A stretch of 64,000 nt of DNA. Origin: Nemertoderma westbladi. Taxonomy: Eukaryota > Animalia > Xenacoelomorpha. The DNA is taken from contig JAUCBJ010004440.1 in assembly GCA_032718475.1 (NCBI GenBank), forward strand, positions 55,527 through 119,526. Direction: 5' to 3'. The notes under the pieces were generated by a model. The model was given only the letters and a program-made list of their open reading frames with translations. It had not been told where the DNA came from and did not search any database. The translations under genes were made by a program, and so were the position numbers. Each line of letters starts with the position of its first letter. The first letter of the stretch is position 1. Positions 12,131 through 24,779 of this stretch are shown here, one piece after another.

Positions 12131-13063
12131 GGTAATAATAAGTAGTGCACTATTATTTGAAATAATAGTGTACTAATTAATACCAAGTAAAAATTTAAAC
12201 AAACAAAATATTCTTAGAATAAGTCTAATCATTTGGAAACATATGAAAAGTGAACAGTTCGTTCGTTCGTTTCGTTTAATCCAGGCTAACAGCCCCATAA
12301 AGTGACAGGAACACAATACTACAATACACAGATATACAAACAGACACCGGTAAATTACATTAATAGATTAGCACAAAAAGTTGTATTTATTTAAATATTA
12401 TTTTTCACCCACTATCTCAAGGTACACGATATACGGCAAATATTATTAACTGCACATAGTACTAAATTAGAGGTTTTCCCTGCCCTCCTACTTAAACTGT
12501 TAATCGAATCATAGTGTAAGTGACTAAATAACGGCAAGTTATGTATTCCAAAATGGAGAGACATACTCGTTGCTTCCCCATCTGTTACCCTAGGTATATT
12601 AAACAGCATTCTAAAACATTTGTTGTAAGCTACACGTATTTTATTGTACACACTATTTGAAAAGTTTCTCCCAGACCACAGAGCATTACAATAGATCGGC
12701 GTGCAAAATGCACGAAATAATAGTCGTTTTACAATAATATTGCAAGAACCGAACTTTCTTACTAATAGATTGCCCCTGGCATAAAGAGATCTAGTTTGCC
12801 TTTTTATATCAGGGTCATCGTCCGTACTGCTATGTAGCAAGTGGCCTAAATAAGTAAACTGCTCAACAACTTCAATAGGTTTATTGTATAGAAACATACT
12901 AGCATATTTAGTAACGCTACTCGACTTAGGTATAAAATATAACATTTAGATTTCTTCAAATTAAATGTGACGGAATTGTTATTTGCATACTTGTCAGCCA
13001 TATCAATCAGACACTGTAAACCAAAAATAGATGTCGACAATAGACAAAGGTCATCAGCATATC

Positions 13064-15472
13064 CAGTGCCGGATTAAGCATCTGGTGGCCCTAAGGCACA
13101 TTTTAGTAATTTCCAAAAAATGGCCCGAAAATTGATATTTTTCCGCAAACCCTTTCAAAAGAAAAAGCTGCTAAAAACAACTGAAATTGTGAAAATGTTG
13201 CGAAGGAAATATAAAGTATTTTCATTGGATGACTGCGTGCAAATAAGTACTACTGTAAGTACTTTAATAATAAGTTCTGTACTTTGCAAAAATAGTTTTC
13301 ATCAAGAATAGTAACATTACTAAACGGAATATTATGCCTATAAAACCTTTGCTATAAAAAGTGTAATGGTTTTGGTAGAATTTCTCAAGCTTTAATTTTT
13401 AGGTTAAACTGCTAAAGGTCTTCAAAAGCGCGAACACTATTTGTTTTATTTGTTGATTTTATTGATTTGATTTATTTTTCTATAATTTATAAAGCTACTA
13501 TTCTGAAACTTTAACACAATGATCTGTGATCTTTTATATACTATGAAAACTGAGTATAGATAGCTTCATAAACCGTTTGTTCGAAAAATATGGCACTTTT
13601 CGAGTAAGTCGGTTTTTTTCAAAAATTTTATCAATTTTGATATGTATATGTAAATTTTTATGCATTTATATGTAAATTAGCTCATGGTTAAGGATCTGTA
13701 GTGTAATACCACCTGCATTGAAGTTCTTGGTCCAAGACTTTGGTAAAATGGACCTATAGATATGTAGGCTATCTTCTATGGAAATTTTAGCACAAAATTA
13801 ATGTTTTTGAAAAATTTATGGGGGTTTTAGTATGTCCAGGCTATATTTTGGGAATCAAATATTTTGTGATAGACAAAGTGTAACTGTTACAAAATCGGTA
13901 CTAGAAGATCTAAATGGCCATGTTTTATAAAACCAACGTTAATAGTCCTACAGCTGCTGAATGTTTTGGTATATGTTTGATGGCAATTGAGTAAAAAATA
14001 AAATAGTAGTAGGGAATTTAGTGATGAGAAAAGTCAAAATGGACAAACTGAGAAAAAGGTTGTTTTATACCGAGAGTCATAAATATCAGCAATATATTAT
14101 GTTGTTGAAAAGAGAAGTGTTGAAGTCAAAAAATCATTCACTGTTGAAAACCGATATCACCTTATAAAAGCCCTTCTATTAAACAACAAAAAATTGTGTA
14201 AATTTTCGAAAATTTCATTTCTGTAGGGGTTATAGTTGGCCCCCTTAAGGCTGACTGGCCCCTGTAGGCATTTAGCAATTTTGATCGAATCGTGGGACTG
14301 TGTTATTTATTTGCTGTAGGGTAGGTTTCGCAGGGTACTTATCTTTACAGGACTTGCTGATAAATATAACACACCAAAAGTGTGGGCTTAGTGCAAATAT
14401 ATAATATTTCTGATCTAGATTTGGACTTGCTGAGAAAGTAATGTTCTTCGATAAGAGAACAGTCTCGGAAAAAGCAGTTTTTGTCACTAATTTTAATTTA
14501 CCCAAATTCAATTATGCTGTCCGAGAGTTTTGCAGGAATTGCATCTAAAATGCCATCGATTGCAAAATTCAATACACGAGGGCAGAACATCTGAATTTCG
14601 GTTAAATTAAATTAGTGACAAGAAGTTATTTCTGACACGTTTTTTTTATCAACAACTATTTTATCTACAACCAAGTTATCCTTTTTTTATCTATTTAGGG
14701 CCTATATTTATAAAACTTGTTTCCGGTAAATAAAAATTAATTTCGCACTACCATATCTCCACGCCATTCATTTACTATGTACATTATTTCCATGTCACCA
14801 CGTCATTATTTGGTTGTTCTATAAAGATGTAATATTATGGTTTTGTTCAGAAATGGAAAAAATGAGAAAGCGCGTCACCGGGGGTTGAACCAGCGCTACA
14901 CGTTTCAGCCTATCAGGCCTCAGCAGTAGCGATAACCAGTTCAGCCACTTGTCCCTGACATTCACTATCCCACCTAATCCACTTCTATTGAACGGGCAGT
15001 CTTAAGTTGCATATCCTATCTCTAACAGCGGACCTACCGGCCTCAAGTATGTTAGAGTGAAACAGGAGTAAAGTACAAATAAATTTATTGGTTGTTCTAG
15101 AAAGTTTAAGAGCATAACTACAAATAATTCCCCACAAATAAATAAAATAATTCTCCATTATTCATAATTAGCAATTTAAAGATTTACAGCCCAAGTTTTA
15201 TTATTTCCCAGCCATCAGGTCTCGAACTAATAACACAGCACCTGTCGGTTGACTGAGCTAGAATATTGCACTTTCTATCACAAATTTAGGGATAGAAAGT
15301 AGTCAAAAGATGCACTTTCTTGCTCTGTATTCTACAAATAGTGAGAAAAAATGTGGACTTTTCAGATAAAATTTTTTTTTTCACAGGAATGACTCGCTGA
15401 GAAAAAATGGCCCGTATTTTCGGCTGGCCCTAAGGCACGTGCCTTATATGCCTTAAGGTTAATCCGGCACTG
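13064..15472. mobile_element. Non-autonomous hAT-type DNA transposon
   Basis: TIRs cagtgccggattaa / ttaatccggcactg; 8-bp TSD agcatatc at 13056-13063 and 15473-15480; no transposase ORF. Confidence 0.9.
14829..14989 (-). mobile_element. Degenerate copy of the tRNA-box/hammerhead element
   Basis: Homologous to 24780-24938. The core at 14892-14933 reads CTGCTGA instead of CTGATGA and lacks 4 nt at the cleavage site. Confidence 0.75.
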
Positions 15473-16644
15473 AGCATATCCCAAATGGTTTGTTCTAGTG
15501 TCACCCATTGAGCAGCCTATACCAGAATCCGTAAATTGCTTACTCAAGTCATCCATGTACACATTGTATAAAATGGGACTGAGCACACCACCTTGTTTGG
15601 TACCGTTAGTGACCTTAAAATTTGATGACTTATGGCCAGCCCAATATATGAATAAATTCTGTTCCCTATACCAAAATACTAAGATACGCACTATATAAGG
15701 TGGAATACCCCTATCTAAGAGTTTGTTAAATAGCACAAAATGATTTACACGATCGAACGCCTTAGAAGAATCTAACATGCATATATAAACAGGTGTATTT
15801 AAGGACAAGTAGTAATTAATGATCTCTTTTAATGCGAAAACACAGGTTTCAGTCCCAAATCCAGGTTTGAAATCAAATTGGTTATCAGTAGGCCTAGTAG
15901 TTAACAAATTAATGCATCTATTTAAAATAATAATCTCTAAAACTTTACCTATTACATAAAATACAGCAATACCCCTGTAGTTATCCTTACTAGTCACATC
16001 ACCCAATTTATCCTTAAAAATTGGTTAATAATGCGGATTCTATATTTTACTTGGTAAATAACCATATATAGCATATATGGTGCTATATATGTGCGATATA
16101 TATGTGCTATATATAGCATATATAGCATATATAGCACTAGTATAGCTGTAAAAAGTATAGATAAAGAATATAACAAGTTAAAGCTACAACCATGAATTAA
16201 AAGCTCAGCAGACAGATAGTCTGAACCGACAGCCTTGCCGCAATTTAAATCATTAATTGCAGTGAATACTTCATTTACAGTTACTACATCACCTCTGTTA
16301 AACTTTATATCTTTTAACTTGTTAAACACAATATTATTTATTATTCTATATCTATATCTATTATCTATTATCTATTATCTATTATCTATTATTTTTTGAA
16401 TCATCGTTTACACAATTATATAAGCTAGAAGAATGAGACTTCCACATTTCACTAATATTTTTTGCGCCTATTGCATCTCCAATCTTACTGGGGTGTGGAG
16501 CGGGGTTGGCACATTTTTGGAACAGTAAACCCGATACCCTTCTCAAACCGATACCCTTCTCAAATCAGATATATCCCCTCCTACTTTAAATGGCCAGTCA
16601 GACCCCTGTCTCTTATAATGCTGATGATGCAGCTATTATATCAA

Positions 16645-18530
16645 CAACAGAAACCGATACACGCTAAGTAACAAGTACAGCTTCACGTTTGCAAATACTG
16701 CGGTTAATATAGTAAAATCATATACATATTTAGGTATAGCAATGGCCTCATCTGGGAAATTTACAAAGGCAAAATGCGATCTTTATTACAAAGCACTCAA
16801 AGCATACTATGGTTGTCTGAAAGTATTAGATGGGAACATGAAACCGGAAATTGCACTAAAAATATTCAATGCGCTGGTCACCCCAATTTTATTATACGGA
16901 TGCGAGGTTTGGTGCCCAATGTCAATAAATTTCAACAAGAAAAATTCAGACAGATTGCAATACAATAATGAATTCATTTTTCAATAACAGACTTGACAAT
17001 GAAAAATGTGAACAATTACAACTCAGGTTCGGCAAGCGACTACTTGGTGTAGGTCCTAAGGCGACGAACGCGGCAGTGTGTGGAGAACTAGGTATTCACC
17101 CACTATTCATAAAAACATTCATTCTGGCGGCGAAATATCTCAACTATGTACTAATTAACCGCTCAGATAATTCACATCTAGCCGATACTTTACAAGAAAA
17201 CATCTCTATGTGGAAAGATGGAAATGCATGTTGGCTTTTAATAATATCCTAAGCTCAATCGAAGCACTAGTAGATGAACCAATGTCCAAAATTAATATTC
17301 TATCAGCGAAATCAATCTATCAATTATTACCCTCCAAATTTCAAAAACTATCAGCCATTTGCACACAATTTAATACATTCTCTGAAAAAAATTAAAAATT
17401 GGCAATTTGCAACCACAAACCCGCTCAGTAAAGACGGCAAATCCGCAAACAAACTAAGAACCTATTCACTATTTAAAAGCATATTAATACATGAATAATA
17501 CTTGACCAATATGCCATTTAAAACACGCCAAATATTAACACGGTTTAGAATCAGCAATCACACCTTCAGGATAGAGACAGGTCGTTATGACAAAACCCCC
17601 TGGAAAGTAGATTGTGTAGTGATGAGTCAATAGAAGATGAGAAACACATTGTAATTAGGTGCCCCAAATTTTATAATCAACGAGAAAAAATATTTTCAGC
17701 TTAGATACAACGACGAATTTACTTTTAAATAATTTAGACGATAATATGAAATTCTATAGCATAATGAAATGTGATGGCAGAACAACGCTAGATGCCATTT
17801 ACTCTATTTAATCATTGTCTTATATAATTATTTCTTGTTCATTAATGATTAAATTAATTGGCAAATAATCCCGTACATAACTAAAATTAATAGTAATTAA
17901 TATTAATATAAACACCCAAGAGTTGCATATTTCTAGTAGTGACCGCTGAATGAATAGAGTTTGTAAAGTGTACATCTAATATTCCTCCTCTCCCTCCTCA
18001 TCTTCGGCTCCACCACTACCAACTCCAACCTCCTCGTAATCCTTCTCCAGAGCAGCAAGATCCTCACGAGCCTTGCTGAATTCTCCCTCTTCTGATGGCA
18101 GAACAACTAATAACTTTCTTGTAAAATTGCTCAATACGGCATACGAACTCCTAAATTAATACGAAGTGTACGAACTCCTAAATAAATACGAACTTCTAAA
18201 TTAAAAGCATTTCGATCTTCCTGTAAGCCAAATTCGTAAGAAACCACTCGCAACGAGTGCGGCCCAGCTTCCTTCTCATGTCACTTATTTTATCTTATTC
18301 AATTTGCTTTGCATTACAGTAGGTAAGTCTGTTTAGATCTGGCTCTCATTGTTTTGTGTATCTGAAGGCCTATTTAGTACCTATGCTTTATTGGTTGGCC
18401 GTAAACTCTTAAACATTTATACTGTAGGAATAATTACTGTTCATTACGTATGTATGTGCAGTATGTACTGTATTACGATGACCCTTATTGGGATAAAGGC
18501 TAGTTCGAATAAAAAAAAAAGAAAAAATAA
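16645..18530 (+). mobile_element. 3' portion of a decayed LINE with a C-terminal Cys/His motif (RTE-X or CR1-group like)
   Basis: VKSYTYLGI, PILLYGCEVW, NAAVCGELG, NKLRTYSLFK, TRFRISNH..IETGRY, EDEKHIVIRC; A-rich end near 18510-18530; many frameshifts. Confidence 0.72.
17787..18092 (-). pseudogene. TUBA: 5'-truncated alpha-tubulin retrocopy (last 38 codons plus probable 3' UTR)
   Basis: 18092..17976 reads [38 protein letters not shown]. Flanked by the 15-bp direct repeat tgatggcagaacaac (17772-17786 and 18093-18107). Confidence 0.92.
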
Positions 18531-19089
18531 ACACGTCTAAATGCAGTATTACATACAACTGTTATAAGAGTAATTATTTAAATTCTGGAACAATAATTTA
18601 TTATATAAAAACCACGCAGTTGTATAACCATGGCATGGCCTACTATATATATTATATTCTAGAACGTGATTTTTTCTTAAAATGAACAGCTAACATGTTC
18701 TGAAACATTTTCTATACAAATAGTAATAAGAACTAGCTACTACAAAATAAATATAGTAATAGTAATAAATTTTATATTCTAGAAAATTATTTTCATATAA
18801 AAAGGCTGAAAAAACAAAATGAGTAGCAATTATTGTCCTATAGGCCTACAGTAGCCGGACAATTGTTATGTAAAATGTGTTTTGAATTCATGAATAATTG
18901 AATTAATAATCATGAGAATTATAATGATCATGTTGCCACAAAAAATTGATTTAATATGTTCCACATCGTAGCTTCAGGCTGAAATTGCACAAATACCTAA
19001 AACAATCTATTCCGCTTCTATTGGAATACACAAGGTGCTTAAATGATGTATTATACTGTATGAGAAATAAGCGTTTTCCCTAGCCGAGT

Positions 19090-20130
19090 TTTCTGGTTCA
19101 CGCCTCCTTCCTCGTATAGGAGGCTTGAATCAGAGGGGTTAGGAGGTTTGAACTACCCTTAGAAGCATTGTTATCAAGGGAAAATATGTCAATGAAAATT
19201 AGACTCACTCTCTGTCTGTTTGACTGTGTTTTTTCAGTGTGACATTTCACTTTTGTCAAATAAACTTTCTATCTCCATTAAAAACTGTCATCTATAGCAG
19301 AATTTATTGAGGATTTCAAATCTGAAAACCGCTTAGTGGAACCTCTTTTAGTTCTCGAGTGATCGCTGTTTGTATGATGGTTTGTCAGGCAAATTGTAAG
19401 AAAAGAGACAGACAACCGACAGGCAGACTAGATTCCACCAAACCTTAAAACTGTCATGGGAAATGAAATCAGCGACCCCGAAAACCCCCATAATGAAAGT
19501 TTTAGATCGGTGATGTGCTTCGTTCATTCCAGAAATGATTAACCAACCAGACCACAGACAGCCACTTTTGGCGGGAAGATTTAAACTTTGAAGGCAATTA
19601 CTGTATCTCGGAATGAAATTTTTCAAAATACTACTCCTCCGCCAGTTTTTAACCAAATTTCTTTATTTTTGGCTCATTCGAAACGCTTTCGGCTGTTCAT
19701 TAAAAGTTATCGGTTGGAATTTTTATATTTCAGTTTTATTTTTTTTTATTTCTATATTTCCAATTTTTCAGACTAAAGCCAACAATTTGTTAAAATTTTG
19801 CCAAATATTAATAAATAATTAATTAATTTTCATAAAAAGGCAAAACTAAAAATTTTAGTCACCTCACCTCCGTAATTCGAAAAAATTGGTTTCAGACAAT
19901 TTCACCTACAATTAAATGACTAGTAGGTACAGTAGCATTTTAACCGCAAATATTGTTTCATTCAATGGTCGTTAGAGGGATAATGGAAATTTGAAAAAAT
20001 TTCGAAAAAACAAATGTTTAACCATATTTTAACATTTTTAACATTTTTTACTGTATTAAATCCAAATATTTTAATTTCAGTAGAAATTGTAGATATTTAA
20101 AAAAAGTGTTCAGGGGGGGGGGGGGGTAAT
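19090..20130. mobile_element. Possible non-autonomous Helentron/DINE-like repeat
   Basis: Hairpin gcctcct..aggaggc near 19100, GACA-type microsatellite and aaatcagcgaccccgaaaacccc motif; ends not defined. Confidence 0.3.
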
Positions 20131-20787
20131 TAATATGTATTATTAATTAATATAAATTAATATAACAGATAATTTTACTAAGAAGTTTCTGCCAGAACAG
20201 CGTCAAAATAACCTTCGTTCGAGTACCGGCACAGTTCTCGCACATTCAGTTTTTATAACTAAATCAGGAATAAATTTATTGTAGTCCAACGCAACCTTTG
20301 ATAAATCTCCAAGAATCACGTGGCTCGTCGAAAACGAGTCCATCTGTAATTTTGATATAGGCCTAGGAAAGACTCGAATGAGAAGAAATTGCAGGATAGG
20401 CCTATTGGTAAAATGTAATGCTTCAGCACTAAAAACCGACACAGTAGAGCTGTCGTTCCGATAAATTTAAGTTGGGATGTGAGTCAATTTTTACAAATAG
20501 GCCTAGGGGTCTACTGTTAGTTCATAGTTGTTGTCGTCGATACCATTTTGAAAAGCTAATAACTTTGTCGGATTTAGAGCTTTTGTGTGGAAATTTTGTA
20601 TATCAATAAGACCAAAAGTTGAAATTTTTGAGAGACTTTTAGAAACGATGAGTTCAACAGTATCACGATAGAGGGCTATCTGTCTAAACATTAAATGTCA
20701 TCCCATCTCTTTTCTTTTAATTCGCTTGGCATATTGTATGTGCTAGCTAGACCACTTGCAGCGTCTCTCCAAGGAGGCTAATACGTA

Positions 20788-21596
20788 TGCAATTCTCCAG
20801 TCTGCCACTAGCTGGTGAATGTCTCCACGTTAAATCGTTCCAATTTCTTTTAAGATCCGTTTTAAAGCTGAATCTTGTCAGATATATTGCCGAATAAAAC
20901 CTGCATCTTTAGGTCCGCAGTTCTCCATTCTGGCGGTAGAGGGCGAAATGTTTGAAAGTTATGGTATAACCTTCCCCATTTTCATTATCTTAAACTGTTT
21001 TAAGATGACTGTTACAATATATGTACTGCACGACAAGGTGCGTCTTTTTGAGGAAAGAGATCTACAGTTCTACAGGATACCGCAAGAGCGCGAAATGTCT
21101 AAAAGTGTAAACCTTACACTATTTCCTTGATTTTAATGCGTTTGTAAAACGCTGCAACGTGACATGAAGGCCCTACAGTACTAGAACCGGTACCGGGACT
21201 AGCACAATGACTGTGTCTATGTTGGAACGCTGCTCCCGACTGCACTTCTCAAGTTTGCCGCTAGAGGGCAAAGTCTCTGAAAGTGAAAACGTACGTGTCA
21301 TTTTTTTATCCGTTCAAGCTGAAACTTTGCAGATGTACCTGCTAGACCGTATAGACCATCCATAGTCTGCGTCTCTGTTGGGACGGCAACCCCTCGGCAG
21401 TTCTCCAGTTTACCGCTAGTGGACTGAAATTAAAACATTTCAGAAATGTCTGAAATTAAAATCGTCACCATTTCTTATTTACTGTCTATATAGTCCCTTC
21501 TTCCTGACCTGACATTCTAGACCACAGACTCTCATACCGCTGTACCGGTAGTTCTTGAGAGGACTTTAATGGTGCCGGTTTGCTGCTAGGTGGTAG
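20788..21596 (+). promoter_or_regulatory. Cluster of co-oriented CTCF-like sites
   Basis: Cores tgccactagctggtg, tggcggtagagggcg, tgccgctagagggca and taccgctagtggact, each with NGCANTTC at fixed spacing upstream; partial fifth site at 21581. Confidence 0.45.
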
Positions 21597-22382
21597 AAGT
21601 TATCTTCTTATATTTTGATTATACCTCGGTACTTCTCTCGGGTAGACACTTAACATGAGTTTATGTCACGTGCTGCGCAAAGGCCTAATTCGGATGGGTT
21701 ACCGTTTCCACTGTCATAGTACATCGCTCTAACTGCAACACTGGGCTAGGATGGGAATTGAAGGAATGAATCTCTAGATCAGTGTTGTGTCACAATAAAA
21801 CAGCCGTAATACGTAGTCAATGCGAACACGGGAATTCCTGATAAATAATAATCACGTTTTATTTAAACTTTTAGGATAATAATTGTAAATTATCTTTACA
21901 TAGAATATTCTTCCTGTACTTGCAAGATTGGGGATATAGAATAAAATATGAACTAAAATGTAACTACGATGTCTTGTATTTACTCTCGTTTATTGCTTTG
22001 GTTACACACTGCTTTGTTTTCCTGCAACTGTTGAATTGTTAATTAACATTGTTGATTCACCCAACCCAGATTGGAATGGAGCCAATAGCCCCCCCCCCCC
22101 CACCCCTCTCAAACTGTTGCCTTTCTTATAATTTAAATAGTATTATCTTGAAAGATATATAATAAGGTCATATAATTATGAATAATACGTCACATCACAT
22201 ATTGCACGGCCATTACGCACACTGACTCAAATACCAGTTCGACAAACCAACCGGAAACAATATCAACAATATCAAACAACAACAATATCAAACTAAAATA
22301 ATCTGTAAGTGGGAACTTTACATGTCGAAAAATTTTAACTTTATTTTCAGTATAAATTTAACCAGTTTATGTGATTATAAAG

Positions 22383-23189
22383 TTAATCGTCTCCTTCATC
22401 CACATCTTCTGGCTCTTCTTCTTCATCGATATCTTCTTCTTCGTCATCAAGCTCCTCCTCTTCGCCGGCTTCATCAATAGCCTCATCGTCGAGGTAGTAA
22501 TGCAGCGGGTTGGGCCAGATGTCGTCTTTAATAACCTCCCCGAGCTCATCCGCACCGGCGTCGTCAGAATCTTCGAACCAACAGAAGAAGCTCTCCGGAA
22601 CCCCCGGGGCTCTCTTCGAACCCGCCGCCAACTTCGTCCCTTTCCCGGACTTCATCGTTAAGTCTTTCCCATTCTTCCATGTGATCACTGTAGAAGTAGC
22701 TACAGGATCGCCACTCTCGTTGATACGAAACTCCTTTTGCAAAACAGTTTCTTGAAAGAAAGGGTTCTCTTTAAAGGAGAAACTTATTTTATAACCGGAT
22801 TTTACGTCGTCGAATTCTGCAACTTCTAACTTGGTCATAAACTGCAACGCTTCTGTGTCGCCTTCATGGAGAAAGTCGGAGAATACGGGGTGGTTAACCA
22901 GCGTAGTCACCCAGAAGTTGGGGACTTTGGAGATAAACTCCGCGCGTTTTTCGAAGAAGGGTCGTCTCTGTTTGTTGTACTTTTGTTCCACCGCGAGGAC
23001 TTCCTCCGACGCACGTTCATTTACCTCGTCGATCTTGGTCTGCAGTTCGTCAATCATTTCGATAGCCTCACCCTGGTCGAACACCTCCCCAGTTTCATGG
23101 TCGCCCCCGCCATCCATCACCCGCTTAGAGCTGTCTACTCCGTTGTTTAGGCCTAATTTAGGAATTTTTGATGCCGGACCGGTTGACAT
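22383..23189 (-). CDS. SET: Protein SET / TAF-I beta (NAP-family histone chaperone), intronless CDS
   Basis: [85 protein letters not shown] and an acidic tail; intact 268-aa ORF. Confidence 0.95.
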   Translation of the reverse strand: MSTGPASKIPKLGLNNGVDSSKRVMDGGGDHETGEVFDQGEAIEMIDELQTKIDEVNERASEEVLAVEQKYNKQRRPFFEKRAEFISKVPNFWVTTLVNHPVFSDFLHEGDTEALQFMTKLEVAEFDDVKSGYKISFSFKENPFFQETVLQKEFRINESGDPVATSTVITWKNGKDLTMKSGKGTKLAAGSKRAPGVPESFFCWFEDSDDAGADELGEVIKDDIWPNPLHYYLDDEAIDEAGEEEELDDEEEDIDEEEEPEDVDEGDD

Positions 23190-24779
23190 GATTGCGGATT
23201 ATTGAGTTTGTATTTTGATGTGAAAGATACAGATAGAGACAAACAGCAGCACAGAACTAGATTACCTGAATTTAATAAACTTACTGCAGTACAGGAGTCA
23301 GGCAGTACCGGTACTGTACGTCAGTATGTCCAGATCTACACATGTCTGCATGTCTGTGAAACTTAGGCTTAAAACTGTACAACAGTAGGCCTAACTGCAG
23401 TCAGGCAGTAGGCAGGTCGGCCTATACAGTTCAGCAGTTTGTTGTTGTTGTACTACAGATAGCCAGCATACCGGTACAGGAGTACAGCATACAGGACAGC
23501 AGGATAGACTACCAACAGTACTAGGTCGACTGCTGTACTGTACTACGCAACTACGGTACAGTACTACCTGGTAAAATATTTACAGTACAGGTGGGGAATA
23601 TGCAGTTTGGGCCTTTCGGGTACGGTACCCACACGGCCATTGGATTTTTATACTGTATGAAACTCGCTGGTTACAGCAGTGGCGGCCTCAACCCTAATTA
23701 AAACTGTCATGTAACCCTAACCCTAAAGTCATAATCTAAGAAGTTTAGCGGAATTTCTGATATTATTGCCATTAACGGCCCTTATGGGCAACAGAGCATT
23801 TTCACCCCCCCCCCCCCCCCCATGCAAAATCACACCCCGGTTAAAATTCCCTAGTGTATTCTCACTCCCGGCCCGGGGTGTATTTTCCCTAGTGTATTTT
23901 AACCCCCTAAAGGGAAAACTCACCCCTGCATTTATCAATTTTCACACTCCATCCCCGGTTAAATTTCCCTAGTGTATTCTCACTCCCGTTGTATCCTGGT
24001 ATCATCACGTAAATTACGTACCTTACTTAATAAATATATAGCTGGGATAGATACACTTGTATAACCTCACTTATACTGTATACCTCACCTCACCGTCACT
24101 TATAAATGTAGTAACTGTAGATTCTGTAGGGCCTTTCGCGCAGCATGTGAGTTCAATGAAATAAATATACAGTATGTATAAAGCTCTGATGAATGTTCAA
24201 TTTATTAATTCTCGAATCTCGTAGCCTTGTACAGTATTAGATAGCACACTAGAAAATAAACGTAGGGTGTAGGGTAGGTTTATATAAGTACATCGTATTT
24301 AAATTAATAATGAAATTTAAAATATCATGGGGGTATGGGAGTAAGAATACACTGAGGGGGGTGAAGTTAAGTTTCACTAAAATATCACCCAGAGTAGTTT
24401 CACCCCCAGTTTCATACCCTAGTGAATTCTAACCCAGTAAAAAATCCGCATTCGTAACGCATGGGATGGTGCATATTTCACGCATTCGTAACACATTCTG
24501 AAATGTTACATACAGTAGATGAACCATGCGATACGAATGCGAAAACCAAACCAAATACGCAACCTTTATTCGCATATCGAATCCCGCACATTCTACGAAT
24601 GCGTCCATAATCTTATACGAATGTTTCCCGCACACTATACCAATGCATCCCGCATGTTATATACGAATGTTTCCCACGCTATACGAATGCGTTACGAATG
24701 TTTACCGCAGAATTTTTATTTTTTTTTATCATTTCGCTACAGTTTACATAAGTTTATTTCATAGGTTATTCATAGTTTA

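Larger units (their letters stand above)
12258..16520 (-). mobile_element. RTE-X-like LINE RT fragment, split by a hAT insertion
   Basis: NYRGIA, LDSSKAFDRVNH, KQGGVLSPILYNVYMDDL, NHLGYA|DDLCLL across the insertion, RSLYARGNLLVRKF. Short (GAAC)n tail near 12258-12275. Confidence 0.82.

Noticed and set aside
15211-15262. tRNA gene candidate (also 5218-5287 and 53899-53970)
   Set aside because: Only A/B-box remnants with no complete cloverleaf, so not called tRNA.
20203-21130. Decayed coding-like sequence, possibly a LINE ORF1
   Set aside because: Multiple stops and no motif I can assign.
23712-23726. Interstitial telomeric (TAACCC)n
   Set aside because: Only about 2.5 units.
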